Source of the DNA: Octopus vulgaris
Taxonomy: Eukaryota
Length of the DNA: 64,000 nt
Assembly: GCA_951406725.2 (NCBI GenBank)
Contig: OX597821.1
Span: 86,056,001 to 86,120,000, forward strand
Reading direction: 5' to 3'
This document shows positions 1 through 12,671 of this stretch, one piece after another. Under the pieces are notes generated by a model. The model searched no databases, was not told the origin of the DNA, and worked only from the letters and a program-made list of their open reading frames with translations. The position numbers and the translations under genes were made by a program. How positions within the stretch are numbered: the stretch's first letter is position 1; the number at the start of each line of letters is the position of its first letter.

Positions 1-84
1 AAAGATTGATAGGATATCCATTATTGGGTTAGCTGGTATATATACACACACATGCATACATATGTATATATATACTCACACATA

Positions 85-119
<35 letters not shown>

Positions 120-200
120 GGACACATCCATACATACATGTATGTATATATATATATATATATAGACACACACACACACTCACACACACACACACACACA

Positions 201-244
<44 letters not shown>

Positions 245-499
245 CATATATATATATATCGAGCTGGCAGAAACGTTAGCACGCCGGGCGAAATGCTTTG
301 CGGTATTTCGTCTGCCGCTACGATCTGAGTTCAAATTCCGCCGAAGTCGACTTTGCCTTTCATCCTTTCGGGATCGATAAATTAAGTACCAGTTACGCAC
401 TGGAGTCGATCTAATCGACTGCCCCCCTCCCTAAAAATTTCAGGCCTTGGGCCTAGAATAGAAAAGACATGCATACATACGTACATGCATGCATATATG

Positions 500-549
<50 letters not shown>

Positions 550-588
550 GTGCACACAAAAACATACATGCATGCATAATACATACAT

Positions 589-623
<35 letters not shown>

Positions 624-2026
624 TATATATACATAAGCGCAACTATGGCGCACGATTTAACGCAGAATCTGTCAGCTATGTTGGGAGGTTGGGAATGACC
701 CGTAACTAGAATTGAAATCGCGATGGCATTTGAAGTGGCACGAACATATAATACTAAAAGGTTTATCTCATTCAAATTGAGGAACTATTACGCAAGCTAA
801 TGAGAGCTTTTTTTTTAATGCAGTTATTTGACTTACTAGAAATAGCAACTAATTCATCCTCAAATCGCTCCCTCTTAAGAAGAAGTAAAAAAAACCCAGC
901 ACATTGGAGGAGATCACTGAATAGAATGTAATCTTTAATAATATTATCTAGCACCTTTTTTTTTCATCCTGTTATTTAAATGTTAACCACACGTTGTAGC
1001 AAAAAATTGTCTTGGCTTATGTAATATAAATTTAGTCTCATAACAGCCAATTTATGTTACCGAACGGTTTCAAGCTGAAGAACCTTCAAAATTTTTAGTA
1101 TAAGTATAAACGATTAACGATTATCGGATATGGTTATATGGAAGCTATGCCTTTTCGTTCAGCCATGTCCGATGATTTTTGTTTACCTATCCAAAATTTG
1201 AAAGGTTCTTCAGCATGAAACCGTTCTGTAAAATTTATTGGTTTTCATTCAGGAGAAATCTTCAGAGGAAGAACTCTCTTTAAGCAATTGCTCCAGCCCG
1301 TTAGTTTCTGACACTCCAAGGGATCAGGGACCCGCTAAGTCATGAATCCTAGGTGCCTTCATGCTGTTTCTGAAATGCTGCCCTTAGTGGAGAATGAACT
1401 CGGGTGATCTTATTTCTTCGATCTGCAGTGTAAGAAAACCATCCCCAAAACTTGCCACGAAACTCGGCCACGAAAACCACCCCAAGAACTTGCTCTGTGA
1501 GTCTATTTCAAACTGGGTTTCCCTACCATTCTGTTTAGTATCCTGCAGTGCTTCTTTTCAAGCTCCAGCTGTCGTTTCTCTTTGTCTATAGCCACATTGT
1601 ATATATCATATATGTATATGACAAAGCGTCAAGAGGACTGTCGCCAACTACAACCATTCAAGGAACTCCGAAATATTATTGAAGGTTACAAATTTCACTG
1701 GAAAGTGTTGTTATTTAGCTTCAAGTACCCCTGATCTGATTAAGCAGAATTATCTTAATCTTTGATCTTTTACTTGTTTCAGTCACTGAACTGCGGCCAT
1801 GCTGGAACACCACCTTGACGACTTTTAGTCGAACATATCAACCCCAGTACTTAATTTCTTGTAAAGCGTGGTACTAAATCCTTTCGATCTCTGTTGTCGA
1901 ACCGAAAAAGTTACAGGGACGTCAACAAAATAACACGGGGTGTCAAGTGGCGGTGAGGGAAAACACAAACACACACACACACATACACACGCGCGCACGC
2001 ATTGTTTGTTTTTTCACTATATAGAC

Positions 2027-2709
2027 CAACCTTTCTCAACCGGGGTACCCCAGAACCCTAGGGTTCCACAAAAGGATTCTAGGGGTTCCGCGAGAAAGAG
2101 TGAGATGAGCTAATGCCAACTTCATGATCGTAATATTACTTATACATTCACAACATATTACTGGTTATTGTAATATTGTAATAAAGACATCATCCTATCT
2201 AATCTATTATGCTATCGAAAAATATAACAACCATTGAGGATATATTTAGTGATGTCTGTAATTTACGGACACCATATATATATATATATATATATTTACT
2301 CTTTTACTCTCTTTTACTTGTTTCAGTCATTTGACAGCGGCCATGCTGGAGCACCGCCTTTAGTCGAGCAAATCGACCCCGGGACTTATTCTTTGTAAGC
2401 CCAGTACTTATTCTATCAGTCTCTTTTGCCGAACCGCTAAGTGACGGGGACGTAAACACACCAGCATCGGTTGTCAAGCAATGCTAGGGGGACAAACACA
2501 GACACAAACACATACACATACATACATATACATATATATACATATATACGACAGGCTTCTTTCAGTTTCCGTCTACCAAATCCACTCACAAGGCATTGGT
2601 CGGCCCAAGGCTATAGCAGAAGACACTTGCCCAAGATGCCACGCAGTGGGACTGAACCCGGAACCATTTGGTTGTTTAGCAAGCTACTTACCACACACCC
2701 ACTCCTGCG

Positions 2710-2753
<44 letters not shown>

Positions 2754-3081
2754 AAATGGGATAAGAACGCAAAACATCGAGATAGACGATACAAAAAACA
2801 CGGACGGGTCATTCGAAGCCTTTAATCTTCAGTCAAGAACCGGATCATCCACGCAATTCCAGCTGATTAATCTTGAGATTGGTCCAATCTGGCCAGCCCC
2901 AAGGAAAAACTAAGCTAAGAGCATTAGATTCCTTGGAAGTGTGTGTGTGATATTTACCACTTGAACTACGATGAAAAGAATATAAGATATGTTATATCAT
3001 TTTCTTTTTTGTGCAGGGGTTTCTTGAGACATGTAATTTATTTTAAGGTTTACGCAAGGGTAAAAAGGTTCAGAAACACTG
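2027..3081. mobile_element. hAT-type non-autonomous element with nested SINE and PLE-like remnant
   Basis: Ends CAACCTTTCTCAACC / GGTTCAGAAACACTG; 8-bp TSD ATATAGAC at 2019-2026 and 3082-3089. Confidence 0.75.
2296..2712 (-). mobile_element. Full-length copy of the 20990 SINE family
   Basis: Near-identical reverse complement of 20990-21420. Confidence 0.85.
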
Positions 3082-4706
3082 ATATAGACGCAAGCCTGAT
3101 ACTGTGACGAGAGGCCTACTTCTCAGCTACATCGTTCTGGGCTTCGCCCCATTGCGTGAAACCTAAGGGAAAGGCCTTCTACTATAGCTCCGGGCTGACC
3201 AAAACTTTGAGTGGATTTGGTAGACGAAAACTGAAAGAAACCCTTCACACATACACACACGACGGTCTTCTTTTAGCTTCTATTTACTAAATCAGATCTA
3301 CAATATTTTGGTCGGTCCAAGGCTATAGTAGAAGACATTTGCCCAAGGTGCTACGCAGTGACACTGAACCCAGAACCATGTTGTTGGGAAGGAAACTTCT
3401 TACCACACAGCCACACCTGCGCCTAGGATAACAGTGACATTTTATTGTTATTTTTTTTTCTTTGTAAGACGGTAGTACGCTATTTGAGGAAAATTTAGCG
3501 GGCAATTTCTAATAGGTCGTGTAACCCGTAGAGAGGCATCCACGTTAGCTTGGATCAATCAATGACAATTTCTGCGTGTGATGAACAACTCCCCAAAATT
3601 TACGAGCAATAAAAATAAATGATGCGGATGACAAATCGGTTTTAGAGATTTCTTTCATCTGGACATTTTTTTATAAATTGTAAATACGTCGCTGCTGCTT
3701 CACAGCTGGTGTTTCACAGCTGCTGCTAAAGTTACCGTTTGTTTTAGCCTTTGGTCAAACCAGATCTTCTAAGCCCTTAATGGATCGCATTTCAATTGTA
3801 ATCATTTCGTCTTTTAAGGGCTGTAGAATGACAGTTATTGCTCCAAATCAGTACTATCATCAAAGACATTCCAGCCACAACCATCCTGTCTTTTATACAG
3901 ACACAGTACAATACAGACTATATTATCCACAGTCTCCCCCACTGTTTTAAGGATGAGATAAGAGGACCAGAATGTTAGGGTATTTGGCTACTATGTCTAG
4001 CAAGTCGAGTTGTCGCGTAGGAGCTCTTTGTTGGTTTGTAGTTGTTTAGCACTTGGGTAACTCTGAGTAGTTAGGCCTATCATCGAATACTTTCCATTCA
4101 AGACCATGCCATCTTTTCGAGTATCTGGGACTACATTAACTAATGTATCCATCCCGTTCTTAAGACTGCAGGCTGTGATTTGAGGGAGATTTAGCTGTTA
4201 TTTCTAGCAGTTTGGTAGACGATATAAAGGCATTCTCGTTGATGTACGTGTTAAGGCTTCTTTGTCTTCACAGTAAAATACATTTTTATTATTTTTGTTA
4301 TTCGTATTTAGCTTCAGATCCGCATTGATTGAACAGTGTCAATGAGGTTTCATTTTTTTTCAGTGTAGCTTGATTCCAGAGTGAAATGGCTGCTATTTCT
4401 AGCAAGAGGAGCGACTACGTACAAGTTCTTTCAATATTCGAATATAGGAGGTGCAAGAGGAAGAAAAAGAAATAGAGAAAAAGAAAGGGAAGAAGAAATA
4501 AAGATAGTTAAATGAGGAGAGAGAAAGAGAGAGAGAGAGAGAGAAGAGTAAGCGGGAAGCATGCACTACATGGATAAATTGGATATAAACATAAAGTGGC
4601 GATATGTGTGTGTATACACAGACACACATGATGAGGTACTGAAAAGTTCCTGGCATTGGGTAACAGAAAATACAGGAGGATCAGTTAATTATGATTTTAG
4701 TCAACA

Positions 4707-5066
4707 CTAGCAGTATCGCCCGGCGTTGCTCGGGTTTGTAAGCGAAATAACTATAAAGCATTTTTAGAGAGTTATAGCCAAAAAATGGAAAAAAAATGAT
4801 GGTAAATTTTTTTTTCGTTAAAAAGGTCGAGTTGCGTCCCCTAGACAGTCTGTGGTTTGTGTTTCTGATTCTCGACCCCATGTCGAATTTATCGATTTTT
4901 TCAGAACTGGGGGAACTTTTCATAATTTTCGCTGCGTTAGTTTTGAATTATGACATTGAGCTATGTGTGTGTCAAGTTTCATCAGAATCGGTTGAAAGCC
5001 GTGGTCAGGGTGAGGGTACAACCTAACAGACACACACAGACAAACTGCCGTTTATATATAGAGAGA
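4707..5066 (-). mobile_element. Non-autonomous Helitron
   Basis: Minus strand 5'-TC...CTAG-3'; subterminal hairpin CCCGGCGTTGCTCGGG; inserted between A4706 and T5067 with no TSD; splits a MITE whose uninterrupted copy reads tcaaca|tattccc. Confidence 0.82.
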
Positions 5067-5237
5067 TATTCCCATCTCAGATTCTCACACCTACTGCAGC
5101 GGGCCTTCAGTTTTTCTAAGCCTTGCAAAAGAACTCGGAAGGTTTGGCGAAACATCAACAGGAAAGAAAGAGAGCCTATCTCAACAAGACATTATAACAA
5201 TTGTTACAATGTCTTGTTGTTGAGATAGGCTCTCTTT

Positions 5238-5319
5238 CTTTCCTGATGAGAAGATTGCATTTTACACCGTTTATTCCTTTGGAATAAAACTATGTTGTCT
5301 TCGAAACATATGTCGAAAG
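5238..5319 (+). ncRNA. Type I hammerhead ribozyme, canonical core, in a Penelope-like remnant
   Basis: Stem I CTTTC/GAAAG; core CTGATGA (5243-5249); stem II GAAGAT/GTCTTC with inner TTATTCC/GGAATAA hairpin; GAAA; palindromic stem III ACATATGT; GTC cleavage triplet 5312-5314. Confidence 0.85.
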
Positions 5320-5376
5320 TAAAAGAATTTTAATAACATCTGCGTTCAACTCCATTTATTTACTTATATATATATA

Positions 5377-5885
5377 CTAGCAGTATTGCCCGGCTCGTGC
5401 GCTCGTGCGTTCTATGCACGCGCGAATTAAGCTAAACTTGGATGAAGTTCAATCAAAATTCAATTATTTTGGTTTTAAAATCAAGCATTTAATGCCCTCT
5501 ATTTTTGCGCTTATGTGTTCCATTTCCTCAATAGGAAGTACGTAGAAGCGTTTCATAAATTTTTGTTGATCAAATAATTGCATTGTTGAATTATTCTTTT
5601 AGATCAGTATTTCTCAACGGGGATTTCAGGGGAGAGTTTCAGGGAGTCGCTGGCAATCTATCGTGATGATCAAAAATCCGGCCTGCTAAAATTTGGTTAA
5701 AGTGATTCAGACTGCAGACTCAACGCAAAATGGTCACATTTAATTCAAAGCGTTAAAAATGTTACGAAAACATTTTGGTGGTTCTACGATTTGTTGGCTA
5801 GGAGGAGATGTGCCGGGAAGTTAAACACACAGACACACACACATATACACACACAGACACACAAGTTGAGTTTTATATATATAGA
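5377..5885 (-). mobile_element. Non-autonomous Helitron, same termini, different interior
   Basis: Plus strand starts CTAGCAGTATTGCCCGG and ends ttttatatatatagA|T. Confidence 0.6.
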
Positions 5886-5982
5886 TATATGTCAGTATGT
5901 ACATATATGTATGTATATATACCTATATATATATACTTTATATTATTATTCGATTGAATGCCACACATCCATTTCCAAGTAA

Positions 5983-6060
<78 letters not shown>

Positions 6061-6064
<4 letters not shown>

Positions 6065-6550
6065 TTAGAAATATGATCACTAAGACATACAAGAAAACTA
6101 TCACTTCCACATACAATAACATAAATACAGAAGCGAAGAAGATAGCCATATCCCTTAATATAGAGGTTCGTGTAGACCGCCTTGTCACGTGACCCCACCT
6201 CATTACCCCTAAGGACCGCAAACCTAATTTCTCTCTCTAATCCCAAATGCAGGCTGATCAACCATTCTAAAAGCGAGATAGACATTATCAGTAAGCGCAT
6301 TCTTGATACCATCCATTATGTATTAGAAGGGGCACAAGATTGATTCAATGAGACTCCAGTGTAGCTGTGATCGACTGGTTCCACGCGGTCGAGAACAAAT
6401 CAGCCTACAGTTTCACATTTCACATAGTTTGACATCGTGGAATTCTACCCTTCAATATCGAAACCTCTTCCCCTGAAGGCCCGAAGCAATTCACTAGCAT
6501 AATCAATTTCGATGTTAGAATCATCACGATCGCAAAAAATGTCAATCCTG
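6061..6550 (+). pseudogene. Penelope-like element reverse transcriptase fragment
   Basis: Frameshifted translation: [30 protein letters not shown](P)KDRKPNF..NPKCRLINHSKSEIDIISKRILD..AVIDWF..NK..FDIVEFYPSIS. Matches PLE RT motifs (LKDHKxNF, CRLINP, FDIxxFYPSI). Lies between (TA)n and (TACA)n tracts. Confidence 0.85.
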
Positions 6551-7202
6551 GTATGAATACATACATACATACATACATACATACATGCATACATAAATGC
6601 ATACATACATACATACATACATACATACATACATACATACATACATACATACATACATACATACATACATACATACATGCATACATAAATACATACATGC
6701 ATACATAAATACATACATACATACATACATACATACAAAACAGTCCGAAATGGTCGTGATTTCTGGTACTTGACTGAAGAAAGAAAGCCAAGAATGACCC
6801 GTCTTTTTTGCCTGTCCTTCTAATTGTTGTTTCTCTTGTCCGCCTTTGTGTCGTTTATCTGTCTGAATGTTTTAATGCCCTCTATTGCGTTTTTGTTTCA
6901 TTTTTATATTTATATACATACATGCATAAAACTTTCCAGAAGTTTATCATTTTAGTATATACGAGCATGTCTAGATATGCAAATATATGCATGAAAAGAT
7001 ATACATAAGGCAAAAGATAAAAATCTACACGTATACATACATTTATACAAACATACAAAAATACCCTGTTGTTCATGTTGAAATTCCAGTAAAGGAGCTT
7101 TGGATCAAGGTTGGAAACCGATTCTTTCTCTATTGGCAAGAAATCGTGAAATAAAACTGAATAATGTTATATATACATGCATACACACATACTCACACAG
7201 GA

Positions 7203-7257
<55 letters not shown>

Positions 7258-7407
7258 CGGTTTAAGTAATTGAGATTCAAGTGAATTCTAATGAATTCAC
7301 ATGAATATGGTCCTTAACTAGGATGCACCGGAAATCTATATGGTGTTAACCATACGATAAGTGGGGTGATTACAAATAGGAAAAAAGCAACAAGAATGGA
7401 TTAAAAT

Positions 7408-7493
7408 CTTGGTACAATTGTTTCGTACGAGGACATCTGTAATAAGCTACAAAAAATGCAGTAAATACAGATGGCTCGTACTCGTCAACCGAA
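7408..7493 (-). ncRNA. Inverted, mutated copy of the 7910 hammerhead (C3U)
   Basis: Reverse complement reads TTCGG-TTGACGA-GTACGAG...CTCGTAC-GAAA-CAATTG-TA-CCAAG. Confidence 0.7.
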
Positions 7494-7909
7494 AAAACAT
7501 CAGAGAATTCCCAAACATCAAAAGGGGTAGATACAAATGAGAGTGTAAGATTAACTGCATTGAAGAAAGTTCGATTCCTGGAGATCCGATGAAAGGTCTT
7601 AAACTTACAGAATTTGTGCATGTCTATATATAGCTCTTGTAAATTACAATAACAATCTGTTCCTATACACGATATGACAGTCACTTTGCTTCTTACTCGG
7701 ATTTTCAGAAATTTCGCATGACTGTATCCGAAATTTCTTCACATAACTTAATTAACAATTCAATATGAGCTATATATAGACGTGCACAAATTCTGTAAGT
7801 TTAAGACCTTTCACCGGATCTCCAGGAATCGAACTTTCTTCAATGCAGTTAATCTTACACCCTCATTTGTATCTACCTCTTTTGATGTTTGGGAATTCTC
7901 TGATGTTTT

Positions 7910-7995
7910 TTCGGCTGACGAGTACGAGCCATCTGTATTTACTGCATTTTTTGTAGCTTATTAAAGATGTCCTCGTACGAAACAATTGTACCGAG
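7910..7995 (+). ncRNA. Type I hammerhead ribozyme, canonical core
   Basis: Stem I TTCGG/CCGAG; CTGACGA (7915-7921); stem II GTACGAG/CTCGTAC extended by CATCT/AGATG; GAAA; palindromic ACAATTGT; GTA triplet 7988-7990. Confidence 0.88.
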
Positions 7996-8738
7996 ATTTT
8001 AATCCATTCTTGTTGCTTTTTTCCTATATATATATGTATATATAGAGGGAGAATTCACAAAAAAAAACAACAAAAGACGAAGACAGATGGTGTAGACAAC
8101 AAACAGATGTATTAGTATAACGCTCGGGAAGTGTGAAAGTCTTTTACGTTTCGAGCCTACGCACTTCCACAGAAAGGAACACAGAAGGAAACAAGGAGAG
8201 AAACACACACATACACTCCGAGTATGCACACAAACACACATATATATGTGCATAGAGACCGAGAGAGAGAGAGAGAGAGAGGGAGAGAGGGAGAGAGGGA
8301 GAGAGGGAGAGAGGGAGAGAGGGAGAGTTAAAGAGAGATGGAGAGAGTGAACAGAGAAAGAGCAACACATATATGCCTTACAGCATCGGACAAAATGCCT
8401 TGCTGTATCTGCTTCGGCATTTTACGTACTGCGCTCAAATTCCCGCGTGGACAACTTTTGCTTTTCATTCTTCCGGGATCGATAAAAGTCCTGGGATCGA
8501 TATAACTGATTACCCTCATCTTTTAAAACTGCTGGCCTTGAGGCTCAAATCTGAAGCGCGCGCACGCACATTTATACACACATTTATACGAGGGTGTGCT
8601 GCAAAGTTTCTGGCGTTGGGTAAAAGAAAATACAAGAGAATCAGTTAATGGTGACAACAATTGCAGCGTGGAAGGTGTTTGTAAGCCATTTAAGAAACAC
8701 ACAAAAGCCGTTCGATTCACTTCAACATTTAAGTTTAA

Positions 8739-8789
8739 TTTGTCAAAATATTTTCGTCGCTTTAAGACCGCGACCTGTTCACTGACAAA
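8739..8789 (-). ncRNA. Variant hammerhead-like fold (G3:C8 core swap)
   Basis: Reverse complement: TTTGTCA-GTGAACA-G-GTCGC-ggtcttaaa-GCGAC-GAAA-ATAT-TT-TGACAAA. 7-bp stem I, 5-bp stem II, palindromic AATATT. Confidence 0.6.
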
Positions 8790-9262
8790 AATGGTGATTT
8801 TATTTTTAATATTCCCCTATCAGATTCACATACTTATTGCAGCGGTCCTTCAGTTTTTCTAAGGTCTGTAAAAGAACATGGAAGTTTGGCTCTCCAGCCA
8901 GGCCTTTCGCAATACCCTTAAAACTAGGAACTTTTCAACACCCTTCGTGTATACATGTTTATATATATATATAAATCAAAGGAAAATAACATTAAATCGC
9001 CGAAATAACATTGATAATAACTACGGAAATCAACTGTCTGCGAGCAAACGAGTCAAGAAAAGCATTTAACAAACCTATATAGCAGCATCCGGCTATATAT
9101 TTTCTAGTATTTGGACTCACGTGGACCACTTTCTGGACTGGCATTATAGCCTCATCTTTCTCAGCACGTGTTACCACGATGAAGAAACCCCCAACCCGTC
9201 ACTTGAAGTCTGCACTTCACTGATTTGCTTCGCGCTAAATCATAATGTGAAAATGATTCCAA

Positions 9263-9600
9263 TAAGGAGCAAATATTCAGTAGAAAATATTTGCGAGAAT
9301 ATTATTCATTCTATTATTATCTAGGGTAATAAAATTAAATTGATGACAACAGAATTAATAATATAGGCAATTGCCGTGGTTTAAATAAGAGTTTTCACGG
9401 ATATTTCCAGCAGGTAGACATAATCAATATGTCCTTTGATTGATATAAATTTTAATCCTTCAGCTATTTAATGCTTTTTTGGGGTTTGCAATCGCCTATA
9501 TTATTAATTCTGTCATTATCAATTTAATTATATTACCCTAGATAATAATACAGTGAATAATATCTTCGCAAATATTTTCTGCTGAATTATTTGCTCCTTA
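9263..9600. repeat. Inverted repeat (~112-bp arms) in a family also present at 44236-44990
   Basis: 9263-9374 versus 9488-9600. Confidence 0.85.
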
Positions 9601-9616
9601 TACACACACATGCGTG

Positions 9617-9653
<37 letters not shown>

Positions 9654-10133
9654 CTGTATAAAAGCACAAGCGTGACTGCACGGTTCAAGTTTGCTTTCCA
9701 AATTTGTGGTCTTAGGTTCAATCCCATTTTACTTGTTTTGGTGGTTTGACTGCGGTCATGCTTGAAAGCTTTTAGTCGTACAAATCGACTCCAGTACTTA
9801 TTTATAAAGCCTAGTTCTCTTCTGTCGAACCACTAATTTACGAGGACGTAAACGCACTAACACCGGTTGTCAATCGGTTGTGGAGATAAAGCTAAACACA
9901 AAGACATGCACGTTTATATATATATATTTATTTATTCTTTTACTTATTTTATTTGACTGCGGCCATACTGGAGCACCACCTTTAGTCGAACGAGTCCACC
10001 CCAAGACTTATTCTTTGCAAGCCTAGTACTTATTCTATCGGTCGCTTTCGTCGAACCACTAGACAACATGGACGTAAATACACCAACATCGCTTGTCAAG
10101 CGATGGTGGGGGGTGACAAACAGAAATACAAAC

Positions 10134-10189
<56 letters not shown>

Positions 10190-10585
10190 GGCAGACGATA
10201 TACGGCTGGGCGAAATGCGTAGCCGTATTTCGTCTGCCGTTACGTTCTGAGTTCAAATTCCGCCGAGGTCGACTTTGCCTTTCACCCTTTCGGGGTCGAT
10301 AAATAAAGTACCAGTTACGCACTGGGGTCGATGTAATCGACTTAATCCCTTTGTCGGTCTTTGTTTGTCCCCTCTGTGTTTAGCCCCTTGTGGGCAATAA
10401 AGTAACATATACATATATATACGATAGGCTTCTCTCAGTTTCCGTCTACCAAATCTACTCACAAGGCTTTAGTCGACCCGAGGCTATAGTAAAAGATACT
10501 TGCCCAAGGTGCCACGCAGTGGGAATGAATCCGGATCCATGTGGTTGGGAAGCAAGCTTCTTTACCACACAGCCATACTTACAAG

Positions 10586-10698
<113 letters not shown>

Positions 10699-11084
10699 CA
10701 TATATATATGCATATGTGTACACACACACACACACACACGTATATGTATGTAAAGAAAGAGAGAGGAAAAAAGGAGGAAGAAGGGAGAGAGAAAAAAACA
10801 GGGTGAGGCTACAGTGAAAGAGGCAGTATTAAAAAGTTAAATTAGAGATTGCGATGAAGACATATTTCTGTATACCTATAATCATACAGGCACGCATACA
10901 CATACACACTCATTCGCACATTTATATACGCATGTAGGAATATTTATAAACACGTATACACATACATCATTCCCCTACTCACCCATACGCAGACATTTAA
11001 ATATACACGCACACTTCCAAATATATATAATATATATGTTTGTGTATCTAGTACTTGCTTCTTCTTTTAGAGGCTTTTAATGTA

Positions 11085-11182
<98 letters not shown>

Positions 11183-11528
11183 TGTATGTATGTATGTATG
11201 TATGTATGTATATGTATGAATACACAAACAGAGAAAGTGGCGGATAGACGAAAGTGATAGAGAAACTAATAGATAAGATAGACAGATAGACAGAGAAGAG
11301 GGATGGAGTGAGTGAGCGAGAAAGAGAGAGAGTGAGAGTGAGAGAGAGAGGGAGAGAGAGAGAGATTGTGTGTGCGCGTGCGCTAGTAAGTGAAAGTGAG
11401 AATTGGTAGGTGTGGAATGGGGGAGGGGGGTTTAAGGAGAAAAAAGGTGGTTGAGTGAATGGGCAGGGAGGTAAGTTGATTCTATATCGGTTAGGAAGCT
11501 GTTAGTTTAGATGCTGTAGTTGTCAAGC

Positions 11529-11912
11529 ATGGCAAGTAAATTAATGGATTTTGTCGAACAAACTAAGCACTTGTTGCTGTTACTACTAATTCTTGCCTCT
11601 CTGTGCGGTACCATTAGCAGCACTACCAGCTCCACCAGCATTACCATCGCCACTACGACAAACACCAACTACAATGTCCACAACGGGGCCAGTATCACCA
11701 CCACTACCACCGCTACAAAATATTTCCATAGCTTATTTCTGGATCCTTACGAAAAGTACCGTTTGTCGTGGAAGTTTAATAAATGTTCGATCCAGTTTCA
11801 AGTTCGGGTGAATTCCACAGGATACGTTGGGTTCGGTTTATCGCCGGACGGTAGCATGAGAAACTCCGATATTATAATTGGCGGCGTAAAAGATGGAAAA
11901 CCTTACTTTTCG
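11529..11912 (+). CDS. MOXD1: First coding exon of a secreted/luminal DOMON-domain protein (DBH-like monooxygenase, MOXD1-type); partial gene
   Basis: ATG at 11529. Hydrophobic signal-like HLLLLLLILASLCG, then a Thr/Ser-rich linker, then the DOMON signature LDPYEKYRLSWKFNKCSIQFQVRVNSTGYVGFGLSPDGSMRNSDIIIGGVKDGKPYFS. A phase-0 donor TCG|GTAAGT falls at 11912/11913, exactly where DOMON similarity stops. The family is recognised from motif memory; the exact paralog is uncertain. Confidence 0.85.
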
Positions 11913-12671
11913 GTAAGTAAACTTACACAAAATATCGAGTTCTATTCTAGTTATTGTTTAATCCTGGCCACTCCTGATCCAGCAGACTAACAATCAAAGA
12001 CATTCCAGCGATGACCATCCAGTTTCTTTCTATTTAACTGTATGCATGACTATATTTTTTAATGTATCAATCCTTATAAAGGCCGCTTAAGTGTGCCTTA
12101 CGGGAGATTTGACTGCTATTTCTACGAAATCTAGCTGGCACAGAGGCTCACACGTTGATTCACACTGTTGTCATTGTTGCTATCATTCCGTCCCTGGTCA
12201 TCCCTGAACCCAGCTCAATTTTTATGATCAAATGCGTTCCATCCGTGGCCATCACGGGCGGAAGCATGACAAATTCCAATATTATACATGGTGTATTTAG
12301 AACTACATTATCGAGTGTACCTTTTCTTGTTTTGGTATTTTTTTCCAGACACATCCGAGACTATATATACCCTGTCTCTTTCCAAGACTATGTTGTGATT
12401 TAAAGGCGATTCCGTTACCATATCTAACAACACAGATTCGAATGTTGTTGTTATTGTCGTTTAGCCTCAGGTCTGCTGCAGCAGACCAACAATTAAAAGC
12501 ATCACTGATGTGGTCATCCTCGTTTTTTCCCTTTTTCTTTTGGCAGAATTCTTCATTAAGCATGCCAAATAACCTCTCATAACTTTTTGAGTTTTGGGAA
12601 TTTTCTGAATTGTTTTTTTGCAAATTTGAGTTTTATACACGGGAAATCATGATTATTCAGAAGCATTACGC

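Larger units (their letters stand above)
7376..8027. repeat. Long inverted repeat (261-bp arms, 130-bp spacer)
   Basis: 7376-7636 is the reverse complement of 7767-8027 with few mismatches. Confidence 0.95.

Noticed and set aside
1385-1560. Minus-strand open stretch containing FEIDS, loosely like a retroviral protease motif
   Set aside because: Lacks D-T/S-G and any supporting LTR-element domains.
2820-2910. Minus-strand GGCTG...CAGC(C/T)G(A/G)AA and a downstream CTGAAGA
   Set aside because: Elements are in the wrong order and no CUGANGA precedes the putative stem II.
7370-7964. Paired ORFs with nearly identical protein on opposite strands
   Set aside because: A by-product of the inverted repeat; no protein motif.
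11470-11495. TATA-like TCTATAT about 45 nt upstream of the ATG
   Set aside because: Weak match in AT-rich DNA; transcription start unknown.
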